Below, in pieces: positions 1 to 13,725 of a DNA stretch of 64,000 nt. Each line of letters begins with the position of its first letter. Position 1 is the first letter of the stretch. A program made the translations under genes and the position numbers. Source of the DNA: Camelus dromedarius (Eukaryota); contig NC_087437.1 in the NCBI RefSeq assembly GCF_036321535.1, positions 85,872,001 to 85,936,000 on the forward strand, written 5' to 3'. The notes below the pieces were generated by a model. It had not been told where the DNA came from. It saw only the letters and a program-made list of their open reading frames with translations, and made no database searches.

Positions 1-1194
1 TTAGACAAGTATGTGTATCATTCTCTAATGCATTTATTTTTTTCCATGAAGACATTTTTATTTCCACCTAAATATTCATGATTTGGTGCCTCATATTTCA
101 TCAAAAAATGAAGAAAAAAATAGTGAGAGTCCAAGCGGTTGCTACTGGTCTTTCTGTTACTAATACTACACTAGTTTAAATAGAAATTCTCTTCTTGTCG
201 CCTTTCATCAGTTCTACAATGATACTGAATTTTAAATGTTCCAGATCAGTGGTATTTATTACTGAGAAATAAATGTGACTTGCAGGTTGAACATCCTGTT
301 TTAACTTATACATTAAACTAAAAAGTAACAGCAGATGGAAGTGTTGGAAATGTTTCCACTACATATTTTATTTGAGCAATACATTTATCATTACTGCTTA
401 CAGCAGAGCTATGAAAATTGAAAGTTTCCCCACAAAAGCAGGTCTCAAAATTTCTCTCGTTTCCTTGACTTTTAAGTAGATCTGCAGTAGACAAAAAATA
501 AGAAACTATGAATTCTTTTGGTTCTAGTAGTGAAAGGGTCTCATGTTGAGCTGTCAAAAATACTTGACCTTAAATGTACACATGTTGCCTTATAATTTAA
601 ATTAAGTACTTTGTTTTATGAAATAATATTATTTTACAGATCTTACATAATACCATATTAATATATTTCAAATCAAACTTAAGTGTATAACTTTACTGAA
701 ATACCTGGTCTCAATCTACACTGATATTTTCAAAGAAGAAATAAAGCATGACTGTAAAGATCAATTGACCCTTTACTCTGAGGAAAGCACCTGCAGACTA
801 TGACAGAGCTGCAAGTCCCTCACAAAACGGAACTGTAGGCTTTCAGTGTTTGAGTTTCATGTTTATACTGGCAAAGATGAAGCAACTGGTAAATGTGAGC
901 TGCATAAACCCGAATATACTCTTCAGGACTAAATCTCTTACTCACGCTATTTTTCCAAATTATGTAATTACTACATCAACTACACAGTGACTGTGAACAG
1001 ACTATACTACCTGCTTTCCTGGGTGTGTGGATAGCATTCTGAGGATATCTGGATGTTTTCACATTAGCCTTCTAATAAATTATGAATATAGCCAAACAGA
1101 AAAGAATTAAATGCCTGGTTATAATCAGAATTTCAGAAAAAAAATCAATGAAAAAAGCTAAGTGGGAAAAAAAAAAAAAAAGGTGTGCTTAGAA

Positions 1195-1662
1195 ACTCCA
1201 CTTGCCCCTCCAGATCCATTCTCCACTCTGTCACATCTTATCCATACTCCAAGAGGCTGACCTGTTGAAGTATATCATCAGATCTCCTGTGACCTCCCAG
1301 CTGGGGAGGCCGGGGAAATTTTGGAGAAAGGGACGAGAGCAAGGTCAAGGCTTTACTGCTCCTGATTCCCTTCCTTTGAAGCCACGTCAGGCTGGCTGCC
1401 CCCCTTGAAAAGATGACACTACTGCACTCAAGATGGCCTGTTCTACACAATTTCTTCTGGTTCTGAAAACCTCTCCTACCCCACATCACCATTATGCCTG
1501 GGAGGGTAACATTTGCTTCTGTTAGGCAGGTTCTGGGATTCTTCACCAATCTTTGTGGTTTTCTCCAAGACTCTAGCCACTTCTTTTAATTCAGCACTTT
1601 ATACATAAACCATCTTCAAAGTATCCCAACTTGAGTGTGCCATCTATTTTCTTTTCTAATAC
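1195..1662 (+). mobile_element. ERVL-class LTR (LTR33-like), 5' LTR of a degraded provirus
   Basis: 3' part '...TAAACCATCTTCAAAGTATCCCAACTTGAGTGTGCCATCTATTTTC...AATACA' resembles the LTR33 terminus. It is followed by TTGATACCAAGAGTG, a degenerate tRNA-Leu PBS (consensus TGGTACCAGAAGTGG). Confidence 0.65.
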
Positions 1663-3540
1663 AGCCATTGATACCAAGAGTGTCCTAAGACACTTGCCCT
1701 TAAAATGGGATTATGGGATTTGGTTGGTTGTATAATCCAGAAGTTCACAGATAACCTCCATTCTGGGGAAAAATAGGACACAAGTAACTTTTGGCATTTT
1801 GTGGCATCATAATTACTCAAATTATTACTGGTGGTAACACTGGATAAAACACAGTTGGAGGAAACAGTTTTGACTCATGGGAATCTGTGGCTATTACTAC
1901 TTATAGGCTCAGAACTGACATAAATTGATTCCTAGAAGTCTACTTACATGCTTCTTGACATATGTAGGGTGATAAATTCTAGATTTGCTGGGAAAAATCT
2001 GACCCAAATTGCCATCTAGAGATTCACAATTTAGTTATTACACCAAAGTCAGTTCAAGAAAGAGCTAGTCCCATGATAAAAGTTGAGGCTGATCAGTTTG
2101 AAAAATAAACCTGCGTTAGGTTCCTCAAATGGATCTATCATCATTAACAGAATGATTTTAGATAAAGAAATACCCATACTTCATAATGTTTTAGGTACTG
2201 GCTCTGAACTCCTGCTTATCCTCAGAGACCTAAAATATTATCACATTTTACTGGTCAGAGTAAATCTTGAGTTGTCCTAACAATGGTTTCAGAACACAAA
2301 GTAGAAATAGAATATGTATTTAACTAACAAGAAGAATTCTCATATTTATTCCCTAGTATATGGAACAAAGGCTATTTTCATAGGAAGAACCAAGGAAATG
2401 TCCCTGTATCTCTTCCCTTCTTAAAAATAGCAAACCAAAACACCATGTCTGGGGGAATTACAGAGATTAGTGCTACCAACAAGGACTTGAGATGTGCATG
2501 GGTTGTGATTCCCAGCACAGCACCAATGAACTAGCCTGTTCGTTAGTGCAAAACCTTGATGGGTCATGGAGAATAACAGTAGATCATCAAAAACTTACTG
2601 AAGTACTGATGCCCATTGCAGCTATGGTTCCAGATTGGGTATCTCTATAGGCATGACTCAACACAGCCTTTAGTCTTGCTATGTAGTAAATAATTTATTT
2701 TATAATAAAGGCAGTAAGCAAAATCATAAATGGTTTGCATTTACATGTCAGAAAACAACTGTGTAACTTTACTGTCTTGCCACAGGGCTATGTCAACTCT
2801 TGAGCTGTCTTTTGTAACATATGGACAGTTTGTTATTTGCTAATCAGCTGGCACTCTGGAGAATTGATTAAGACAAACTTGTACTGGAAAGTAGAAGATA
2901 AACTACAAATGCTCTCAAGTCTGCCCAGTTGGTGTATTTTCCAGGAGTCCAGTAGCTTGGGTCATGTCAGAGTGGTGTCCTTAGGGTAAGTCCTTAGGGT
3001 AAGTCCTTCTTTTTTGGCAGGTGTTCTACATTAGAAAAGCAACCAGGCTTATGACTGTGCCCTTGTACAGACTAAATGACTGAATATGAGATGTCTAACG
3101 ACCATATGAACCAAACTGCCCATTATGATGATAACTCAACAAACCTTAGCATTGTATGCATGCAGGCAGCATTCCTTTACAAAGTGAGTGTGAGCTATAC
3201 AAAGCAAAGCTCTATCATGCTCTGAAAACACATGTGAACTGCAGAAGCAAATAACTAAGACCCATGGCACCTGTTCCCACTGTTTCACTGCCTCTCTCTC
3301 AACCTACATTTGTGGTCTCATGGAAGGTTTCCTATGACAAGTTAACAAAAGGGGGAGAGATGTGGGCCTTATTCACAGATGGATCTGTTTAGTGAACTAG
3401 AGCCAGGTGGGAGTACATGGCTAGTGCTCTACAATCCCCTTCAGAAATGGGCCTCAAAGACAATGGAAAGGCAAAGCCTCCTTATGGAAGTGGCTCTCCA
3501 CATGGTGAGAAGGGAAAACAGCCTCACGTGGGTCTGCTGG
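1663..3540 (+). mobile_element. ERVL-class internal region (gag remnant, RT start, tether, RNase H), heavily decayed
   Basis: Translatable fragments GGITEISATNKDL..VVIPST, DGSWRITVDHQKL, FTVLPQGYVNS and LFTDGS match ERVL pol motifs; many stops and frameshifts. Confidence 0.85.
2978..3008. repeat. 13-bp tandem duplication (TCCTTAGGGTAAG x2.4)
   Basis: TCCTTAGGGTAAG TCCTTAGGGTAAG TCCTT read directly. Confidence 0.9.
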
Positions 3541-6500
3541 AATGACACTTAGAACAAAGTTGAAAGTTAATCAAAAACTTATCTGGTAAGACATAAATGA
3601 GAAAGATTGCCAGAGTCATGAAAAGATTAATAATTTAAAAGGAATTAGTGTGCAAGAAAATGGATCCATCCTCCTAGTCTTAAATAAAACAAAAAGCAAA
3701 TGTTTCTAAAAATATAGAGAAAAAGAGCACCATGAAAAAATAAATAATTTTTTTAAAAATCTGCTGTCAATTACAGTTACTCTGTGACCTAGCTAAATTT
3801 CCTGTTATAATGATTTTTCAGTTTCCTTGTTTTGAAGGAAGCAATTGCCAACATTTGCTTAAATTTACAACATCAGTTCACCAATATACTGAATTGCATC
3901 CTTGATCATAGAGAAGCATGATCAATAATTATTTTTGCCCTTTTTAGAAATGCTAGAAACCCATCTTAAATGTGAAATTACTGAATAGGCCATGCCTCAT
4001 TATCATATAGAGGCAGGAATTCATAGTCTTAATGAGCCTGCCTTAACATTCTGAGTCTCGCTACTTAATGGATCCAGGTAAGTGATTGCTTAGAGCCAGT
4101 TGCTGGGTCATGTCAAGATTCTAGAGCTCACTATCATTTCAACAGGCTTGCAATTAGGACAGCTCAATTATCTAGTGACTTAACAGACCCAAGTTTTACC
4201 AAGGCCTATGCCAACTTCTGCCCATCTTAGCATTTATTGCCTATAATTAATAAGTTTATAATTAAGTGGCTTAAAATCTTTTTCTGGTTCTTAAAAGGCT
4301 CAAAGACTTCTCTGTCAAAGACTATAACAACATTGATGGGAAGTCTACATTCATTTGCTATGATTAGAAAACAAATTTTTTAACCAACTGAAAGTAAAAA
4401 AAAAAGTTAAGAAATATTATCATGACCACTTAAACAGGAATATATCTGTCCATACACAGATTTTTAAAAAAGATTTCCTTAGGAATCCAACAGAAACTTC
4501 CTCTGTTTCATAAAAAAGCTTAAGTTGAGCATAAGGGGAAGCTGTCACTGTGCCCCTTTAAATTCACTTTCAACCTACTCTTGAATAAAGAACAAAAAGA
4601 ATGTTCTTACTGTCTCTAATATGGCAAATTAGAATTCCTTCATTCATGTATAAAAATTATTTCGTTTGAACTGTGCATGTGGTATAGGACATACAACTGG
4701 GCGAAGCAGGAAAACATGAGAGGCTATACAAAGCCTGTTTCTGCCCTTGAACCTCCCAGAACCTAGTAAAGACTGATTGGATGCCTGCTAAGAGGTGAAT
4801 CTCTAGCCCACAAGCAATTAGAGTCATAACTCCCTCAAGTACATGCGTTCACAGGTACACAGGCACCAGTTAGCTCTGTCAATTGTTACGTCCAGGCTCT
4901 GTTCTCCTTCAAGTGAGAACAGCCAAAGTCCTCTCTAGCCTCAGAGCTCAATACAAATCCCTAGGACCTGTAAATATAACAGCAGATAATCTTCACCTGC
5001 AACGTCAGAGATCATCTGTACATGATTTCCCCGGCCCCGTCACCTACTCAGGAGTGCACTTTGGCACTCTGGCTGTTATCCAGCATCGTACCTTTAGAAA
5101 AGCTTAGCTCCTGCTCAAAATAAATACATTAATAAAATAATAATATTAGTAATGGGGAAAGTGAATCAGAGATTGTAAGAGTGTTTAATAAATTTGCAGC
5201 TAAAAATGGTGTTGAATTTAATTCATCTAAATGTAATAAACTCTGTGGTTAGGAATTTGAATAAAAGTGTATTCTTGGGACCATCTTCAGATTTCAAGGT
5301 CATCTAATCAGATTCCTAACAGTTCTTCAGGGAATAGCATTGAGTCCTACAAATTTGCCTAAGAAAATATTTTTACCTTATACATTTTTATCACCAAAAC
5401 TTGGACCTAAAGGCTTTAATAAGTGGTTTAGTTTTAGAATGTGGTTCTTCTAGAAGTCATCAAATGAATGCATTCATCAGAAATTTACACCAGATTATTC
5501 ATAATGGTATAAGTAATATTCTTAGGCCATTTAATGCAGAGCAGGAAATTCCCTGTAGTGGATACATGGAGATAATATGTCCTCAGATCAGTTTGTTTCC
5601 AGAGGCTAGAATAAAATGTTATAATTTAAATCCTAAGATCTTATTTGGTTGGTCATATGCAGAGAATAAACTATGAAAATACAATGGAACCATTGAAATT
5701 ATTAACTGGGAATTCTCATGTATTTCATTCTGCACCAGTAAAACATATCCCCTCTGAATAATAAAATATTCTTTATATTTATTTTTAAATTGCATAGATA
5801 ATTTGCATATGGATACAATGTATAAAGTGGCTAAATTGTTCAATATAAAACTCAATAATTACTAGAAAAATTTTTTCAAATCTATCAATACATTACTATG
5901 AAATCATGTTCATAAATTCTAGAATTTGTAAAAACAGGTCTACGCCATCTTTGAAACTGTCACCCATTTTTCAGATACCTAGTAAATATAACCATCTGTG
6001 ACTTTGATGGCTATGAAAGTAGATATAATATCTTTTCTTCTTTCTCTTACATTCTATTGTATATCTTTGTGTTCAACAAGCATAAAGATATGTCCCAAAA
6101 TTTTTTGTAATGTAGCTGTAATGTTTCACAAGGCTTCTTCCATAATGTTCTAGGGTTATTATCCCTATCTGGAAGAAATGGATGTTGAGGAGAAAAGGAT
6201 TCATTCACTTAACTATAGAGTATTTTTGGCTTCTGGAGCTGCCACACAGAGATGATAAGAAATACACAGCAACAGTATAAAGGACTCATTTCTTAGAAAA
6301 ATATGTAGAAAATATTTAAAATACATATAAAGAATATACTTTTACTGTTTGATCATCCTGACTTGGTGAATTTAGGAAGAAAAGGTAAACTTTGATAGTA
6401 GAAAACAAAAAATAAACAAAAAACCTCAGGAGATTTTAAATTAAAAGCTTTAAAATCATTTCTATTAAGAAATATAAACATATATTTAAGGTGTCAATAA

Positions 6501-6619
6501 GAGTAGTAATGGGAATAGAAGGACGCAAAGGTATGTTAATGAAGCCAACACATGTACAACAAGTACATGTCGTATAAAATCTCAAGATAGCAAGTTTTGG
6601 GTATATTTTAAAAACCAAT

Positions 6620-8075
6620 GGAAATGGAGATTTCCAGTCCTCTTCCCCAAAGAGTCTGCATCTTCAACTGTCTTGCCCTTGACAGGCCACAGTTGATGCA
6701 ATTAGCCATTACTATTAACACAGTGCCTAGAAGCATAGAAGCACCAAGAGATGTCCTAATGAAACCCCTAGCTGGACCCCAAACATCCTCCTTTCTGCTC
6801 CCATTGTGTGACATCAACCCTAATATTTTATGGCAATGATCATTAATTACTTCTGATAGTACAGGAGCTCCCACTTTTATTTGCTGGCCCATTGTCAGGA
6901 GGAGAGGAAAGTAGTTTGACCCTATTCATAACATCCAATTCGGTGAAATTCTTTGTCCTCCACTTGACTGAAATGTTAACTCCCTGAAAACCAGGATCCT
7001 CAACAGATGTTGATAGGAACCACCCTTATTTCCAAAATCTAGTGCCGGGAACTGTACATTGTAGCTTTGGGGGATACCTCAATAGAAAATAAACTGTTAG
7101 TTCAGTACATAATGGCCTCCTAGAGTTCAGTGCCCTACCCCTGAAGGTTGTTGTCTCTAAGCTAGTTATTTGGCTGAGCTTCTAGCAGTACATTCCATCC
7201 TTCTAACAGGTCAGTTGCATACAAAAACCCAATGAATCCTATGGTTATCTTTTTAAAATTTTTATTCCTCCTTTACCATCAAATTGGCCCAGGTTTGAAG
7301 CAACATCCTATAATGTGTTTATAAATCAGACATTTCGTAAGCACTCAGAGAGCGGTGGGGATGGGCACACTGTAGATAAGTGGAACCAGCCCATATCTAA
7401 AGTAAATATTAATTTTAATTTAAAACAAAATCTTGTTATCTCCTCCAAGATGGAAGGGTCCCAATGTTATCACTCTGATCAATAGCTAGTTTGTCTTCCC
7501 AAGGAATGATGCCGTATCAATCTCCACAGCTGACTGATTAGACATTCAGAAAGAAGCAGTAGCTAGTAAACCCTGGTAAAGGGAGACTATGCTGTTGAGT
7601 CCATGCATAGCCTCCATCCCTGCCATGATGGCTACCCTATTTATGGGTAACTACCCTATTTATGGGTAACTACCCTTGTGTTATGCTGTGCTGGCATTTT
7701 AGGATTCAGATCTAAGCACTTTACCCTTCTTTTAGTTAGTAGTGGGGAATGCTCAAAGAAGCTAAAGGTAAGAGTTAAATTGCAAGGGTAGTAAATACCA
7801 TAAAAGTCTGGATAACTTATTCAAGTAATTTTCTTGTGCCTTCTGGACCTAATCTGGTCTAATCTCAATTATAAAATTTCTATTACCTAAAGGGTTGTTG
7901 TACTCTTAGCCAAATTTATGACCCAGTGGATCTGATAATATCCAGGTTATGTCAGGTAGCAGTGTTTAAGCTATCACTTGCTTAAAGACTCTACCTAATC
8001 CATTTGGTTTTTACGTGTACTAGAATAAAATAAGCAGGGAAATGATGGGGACCACGACATCTGACTTTTTCAAGT
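6620..8075 (-). mobile_element. Second ERVL-class pol remnant (RT start, tether, integrase)
   Basis: Reverse strand gives VVVPIIS, WILSDPLGHK..GPEGTRKL, HHGRDGGYAWTQQHSLP (integrase zinc-finger region) and a C-terminal integrase-like stretch near 6620-6720. Confidence 0.8.
7632..7675. repeat. 19-bp tandem duplication (CTACCCTATTTATGGGTAA x2.3)
   Basis: Read directly in the sequence. Confidence 0.9.
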
Positions 8076-8079
8076 TATT

Positions 8080-8790
8080 ATTGATGGTACAGATTCTGAA
8101 ATTTGTCTATATATTGTGAGATAAGGAAATCCAATATTTTGTATATTGTAAGAAAGAATAATCCAATCTAATTTTCTTCTAGTTGTTTTCACATTAAATA
8201 AACTATTCTTTCTCACTGAATTTATATATCATCTTGGACATACCTAAATTATCATGTATACTGGAATCTATTTACAGGTTGTCTTCCAGTTCTGTTGATC
8301 TATTCCTCTATTAATAACATGTACATTTGATTATAGTAACTTTGTCATCTGTTCTGAAATCTTGTAAGTAAATCTCAACTCATTATATTAACGTAATAAA
8401 ATTTTTGGCTAATCTAAACCATATAGTCTTGCAGAACATCTTGAGGTCACTTTACTCAACCTTTATCTCCTCCTCAAACAGTGCTTGAATTTTAAAATAT
8501 TAGTCATAGGAAATGTAATTCTTATACAACATTGTCTTTTCAGCTAAGAACAGTGTATTTCTTTTAGCCATATCTTATTTTATATCCTTCTATTAAATTT
8601 GAAATCTATTTTCCTTGAGTTCCACAGCCTTTTTGGTAAAGTTTTTCTCAAAGATTCAATGGTTTGGTACTGATGTAAATGAAATTTGTCTCCAATCTCC
8701 ATTATTAGATCTTTATTTCCAGTATTAAAGAAAGCTATTACTATTTGTTGTATTAATGACACTACATTACCACGTTATTTTATTAGTTTT
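8080..8790 (-). mobile_element. Very old L1 (L1ME-like) ORF2 fragment
   Basis: Degenerate antisense L1 ORF2 wording (e.g. TCTGTTGATCTATTCCTCTATT, TTGATTATAGTAACTTTG). Confidence 0.5.
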
Positions 8791-8794
8791 TAAT

Positions 8795-10620
8795 AGCTTT
8801 TTTGAAGTATAATTGAAGTAAAATAAACTGCACATATTTAAAGTGTACCTTTAATAAGTTTTGGCATATGTATGTATCTGTGAAACAATCAAGATACTGA
8901 ACATATTAATCAGTCCCAAAAGTTTTTTTAAGCCCTTTATAATCCCTCTTTCCCACCCCATTCATTCCAGTCCCCATTCCACTGCCCCATTTCCAGTCAA
9001 CTACTATTTTGCTTTCTGTCACTAGAGATTAGTTTGCATTTTACACAATACTGTATGAGTGGAATCAAACATTATATACTGATTTTGGCCTGGTTTCTTT
9101 CACTCAGGATATTTATTTTCAGAGCTATTCCTTTTGTAGCAGATATCAGTAATTCATTTCTTCTGATTATAGAGTAGTATTCTATTATTTGAATAACACT
9201 GTTTGTTTATTCATTAACCTGTTGATGGATATTTGGTTTGTTTCCAGTGTTTGAACCTTACAAATAAAGTTGCTATAAACATCTGTGTAGAAGTCTTAGT
9301 ATGGACTATGCTTTCATTTCTCTCAATTCCTGGAATGTATAGTAGAATGTCAAGATCCTTATGGACGGTGAATGCTAAACTTAAGAAATTGCTGAACTTT
9401 TCCCAAAATTGTTATACAATTTTACAATCCCACCAGCAATGTTTGAGACTCCCAGTTTATTTACATACTCACCAACACTTGGTATGGTCAGTCCTTTCAG
9501 CTTTAGACATTATTACAGGTTTCCAGTGGTACCACATTGGAATTTTAATTTGCATTTCCCTGATAAATTGAGCATCTTTCCCAGTGCTCATTTGCTATCC
9601 ATATGTCTTCTGCTGTGCAAAGACTTGTTCAAGCTTTTTGCCACTATTAAATTGGATTTTGGTTACCTTATTACTCAGTTTTGAGAGTTTCTAATATAGT
9701 CTAAAAATCATTCCTTTATCAGATATATGATTTGCAAATATTTTCTTCCAGTCTTTGGATTGTCTTTCCATTCTTTTAACAGGGTCTTTCAAAGAAGAGA
9801 AATTATTAATTTTGATGAAGTTTAACTTATCAATTTACTTTTTCATGAATCGTGCTTTTGACGTTGCAACATGGAATCATAAGGCCTTTCCCTTGTTTTC
9901 ATTTATAAGTTTACAGTCTTAGGTTTTCCCCCTTGGTTGATGATCCACTTTGAGTTAAATTGTGTAGACTGTGTGAGATGGTTGAAATTCATTGTTTTGC
10001 ATATGTGTTTCCAGTTGTTGCAACACCAATTGTTGAAAAGGCAACCCTTTCTCAAGAGAATTACCTTTACAACTTTGTCAAAATTAAATTGTCACTATAT
10101 GAGTGGGTCATTTCTCAACTCTGTTCTTTTCTCCTGACCTATATATCTGCCTTTATGGCAATAACCAATCAAAACAGTACTGTAGCTTTATAAATCTTAT
10201 ATTTTAAAATCAGGTAGTATTAGTTATCAAATTTTAACATTTTTCAGAATTGTTGTTGGCCACTCTAGGTCCTTTGCATTTGCCTATGAATTTTAGAATC
10301 AGTCAGTCTATATCTACACAGGAAGAAAACAGCCTGTTTGAATTCTGACTGGGATTTGCTTGAATCTATAGATAAAATTGAAGAAGAACTTACATTTTAG
10401 CCATATTGAGTCTTCTGACCCATGAACACAGTTTATCTTCCTAGATCTTTTTTAACATCTCTCAGCAGAGTTTTGTAGTTTTCAGCATAAAGGTCTTGCA
10501 TACCTTTGGTTAGATTGATCCTTAGAGATTTCATATTGTCTGATGCTAACATACACGGAATTTTTTAAATTCTAATTTCTGACGGTTAGAAGTATATAAA
10601 AATCCAAAATTTTTTTTATA
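8795..10620 (-). mobile_element. L1 (L1MB-like) 3' end with ORF2 C-terminal remnant
   Basis: Antisense L1 3'UTR (GAAGTATAATTGAAGTAAAATAAACTGCACATATTTAAAGTGTAC) followed by antisense ORF2 (TTTACAATCCCACCAGCAATG, CAACACCAATTGTTGAAAAG, TTGAATCTATAGAT). Confidence 0.9.
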
Positions 10621-10634
10621 CTTTAATACTGTAT

Positions 10635-11110
10635 ACCAAGCCAAAGATTAAAAGAATATTCTAAATGCCTCTGGTAAGAAGGCAAAGGGGAGATCATAAA
10701 AATCTGACCAGTCTCAGACTTCTCACTTGCACAACTGAAGCAAAACTATAATGCCTTTAAAGTCTGAGGGATAATTATTTTCAATTTAAAATTCTCCACA
10801 AAGTCAAACTATTATTAAATTTTGGAAATAGAATTAAAATTTTATTTTCCAACAATAGGGTGACTAATACAGACTTTCTCAGCATTATCTCAATTTTGTA
10901 TCTACTGTACCAGCATAATTATAATGGCTCTCTCAATCATTTTTCAATTTTTCTATAAATACGAAAAATTCAGAAAGTCTGCCTTATATGCTCCGTAAGG
11001 AAGTTACTAAGGATATGTTCCTACACAACAGTGACATAAACCATTAAAGAAGACTTGGAATTCAAGAAACAGAAGATAATTTAAGAAAATAATAGAGGGA
11101 AATTATAGTA
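10635..11110 (+). mobile_element. Ancient L1/HAL1 ORF1 C-terminal remnant
   Basis: TCAGACTTCTCA..CAACTGAAGC..AATGCCTTTAAAGTCTGAGGGATAATTATTTTCAA resembles the SDFS..TLEA..NAFKVLREN.FQ region of old L1/HAL1 ORF1. Confidence 0.55.
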
Positions 11111-12944
11111 TGACTGATTAAAGGAATTATAAGCCAAAGAAAGGATTTTCCATTCCTAGAAATACTCAGTCATAATAAATACCTGCACTGGGTTTCATAG
11201 AGGGATCTATGGGAGAGTTGGATTAGGTAAACTATGGTCTCCAAAGTTAAAAAATCTTCTACTACAAAATAATTCTTTGATTATGATTAATTCTGCTTCT
11301 TCTGTTGATGCTAATGTCAATGCTAATAATTTACGTTTAAACTCAGTGTATATTTTTTCCCTTTATTCTGAAGCAATATTGAAGAACTTCAATAAGATTG
11401 AGTAAAACTTTTTAAAAGCTATGGAATATTGAATATGGACTAGCTTGTTTTATAAAATCTTAGGAACAAGATATGAAAGAGACATCAGAGGTCATCTGCC
11501 CTTATAATGATAATGGAACTGCATTTATATTCTCTTGACCTCTCTCTCGTATGACCAACGAAGTCTGTTGGTAAAAATACAAGGTTACAGAGAATTATCT
11601 GTAGAGTAATAATTGTCTATATGGATGCTAAACCTGTAACTTTGACACAGTGTTAGAGTCACTCAAAAGAATTTCACAGATTTTATGTAAAAACTTTAAT
11701 CTCCATGAACAGAAAGCTTGTCAGAAATTATAAAAAAAAAATTAAACTGAAATTGAAATTTCCATTTGAAAAAAAAAAGATACCAGTTAGACTGAATCAT
11801 CAACATGGTCTGAAGACTGATGAAAAGATTCAGCTGGGAAAAAATAAAAAATAAATGGATGAAACTGGATTCTCACGCAAAAGTAATCTTGTCCTTGTTT
11901 AGTTCAAATACATTCATTCAAAAATCACTTATTAAGCACCAAGGATATTCCAGACACATGGTGATCAGGGGAAAAAGCTACCCTAAACTTCAGATAGGAA
12001 AGTATCAAAGAAAGTAAGTGAAGATATAAATGGTCATGTAGTTTTAGATTCTAAAATGGGGGAGTTCAGAGAGTTTGAAAATCACTTGAAATTGAATTTC
12101 CACCTATGAAATTACAAAAACACTCATCAAGGAGAGTATCAGAAGATTCAGAGTGGCTCCATGAAGATCACTCGGATGGTTTTAACTTTTAAATTTATAT
12201 GTAGAAAAGGAGTACAGAGGCATATAAGCAAGCACAAATATGAAAGAAACATGAGCTTGTGAGAACAGTGCTGGGAAACCCAAAATGAGTTGAGGTTTGT
12301 GAATAACCTGCATAAGGAAAATAAAACATTTTAACGTTACATTTATATCCACAGCAAAAACAAAGAGAATTTACCTGTAAAATGTCTGGCAAGATTTTAT
12401 AAACTGAGTAAGTGACACAAAATGGGATTCTGAAAATTCTATTTTACTTTCATATCCTCTGGCCAGAAGAATAATTTTTAGCCTGAAGAAGTTTGAATAA
12501 ATATTGGTAAAAGCAATTGAACCTCAAGATACGTAAAGAGATGATAAGATAGCATTTAGCTTCTCTAAATGATTTCAAGTCTCCTGGCCTAAAAAGATTA
12601 CATACCAGAGTATGGTAAAAACTTGCAGATGAGATAGGGGACTGCAGGAAGGAAATTTCTTATCTTCCAGCCACGAGGGAAAATAGGAGATGTGACCAGG
12701 AATCCAGAGTTAGAAATGTTTAGCCTTGACTTTCAAAATGAAAGGAAAAGATAGTGTCCTGGAAGAATTTATTGTTGTAACTTGTATATGTTCATACTGC
12801 TGTAAGCAAATAGCCAGACCCTTAAATACATCCATGCCTCTGGGATGGTTGCAGGTTGAAAGCAGACAGACCTTATGATCAGTGGCTACTTCAGTGTTTT
12901 GTGGAAACCTACATTCCTTGAAGAGAGGCTATCATGCTGCAGAT

Positions 12945-13295
12945 GCCTTGAATGCTCACCAAATATTAAAAACATTCTTCTACAATTCTTTGTCTCCCTG
13001 GCATTTAACTTGGGACCATGTGACTAGGTCAGGCTAATGAATTAAGAGTGAAAGCAAAATACTTCATTTCTAGACAAAGGCAGTTAAAAGCCAAATTCCT
13101 CCTCTAACTCTGTCTTCCCCTGCCACAAGCTGAGACGGTGGCATCATAACATGAAAGAAGCCTGGTTCCTTGAGTCTATAAAGAGGACAACCTCTGACAA
13201 CTCACATTCGACTTTATGTGGATAAAATACACTTTGTTGTGTTAAGCTACTCATATTTCATGGTATTTTAAGGTAGCTAGCATTAATTTCCCTGC
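12945..13295 (+). mobile_element. MaLR LTR (MLT1I/J-like)
   Basis: GGGACCATGTGACTAGGTCAGGCTAATG, GAAGCCTGGTTCCTTGAGTC, TTGTTGTGTTAAGCTACT are typical of old MLT1 LTRs. Confidence 0.7.
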
Positions 13296-13379
13296 TCTCT
13301 GAGTTTATTTATTTAACTAAAAAGTTTAGAGATAGATGAAGTTTTAGACATTGTCAGAGTAGAATTTTAATTTCATTTA

Positions 13380-13725
13380 TAGGCATTTTTGCCAGCTATG
13401 TGTCTGACTTTGTCTTCAGGCTGGCAACCCTATGGTAGCAAAGTAGTTATAAGCAGCTCTAGACCTCACATCTGCACATCTTATCATGCAGGGCAAGAGA
13501 AAGAGACTTCATTTTCCTCAGCCTGAGAGTCTACTCTTTACTCTGGTTGAGCTGTTCATGAACCATGTACTGTGACATAGTTAAATTGTGCCAGCTACCT
13601 TCAACTAATCAGTACCCGAGCCAGAAGATGATGATGAATTAATAATCCCTCTCAACCTCATAGTTTGTACATGTCAAGGGGAAGCTGGAATGGATCCTGG
13701 GGAGAAAAAGCAATGAAATACACTA
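13380..13725 (-). mobile_element. Old MaLR LTR fragment (MLT1K/L-like)
   Basis: CAGGCTGGC..TGGTAGCAAAG..AGCAGCTCTAGACCTCACATCTGCACA..GGATCCTGGGGAG pattern. Confidence 0.5.

Noticed and set aside
176..557. Minus-strand ORFs at the window start (79 aa, and DVQPASHIYF..KKRISI*) as a terminal coding exon
   Set aside because: No recognisable protein similarity, a weak acceptor (aagttaaaacag) and a non-ATG start.
1663..8075. One ERVL provirus split by a local inversion (RT/RNase H on +, integrase on -)
   Set aside because: The minus copy also contains the RT-start and tether (GPEGT.KL) segments present in the plus copy, so they overlap in pol coordinates and are separate insertions.
12308..12374. 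Minus-strand 67-nt intron (CAG|gtaaat ... ccttatgcag|G)
   Set aside because: Very short for a mammalian intron and no meaningful reading frame across it; only the acceptor is kept as a weak candidate.
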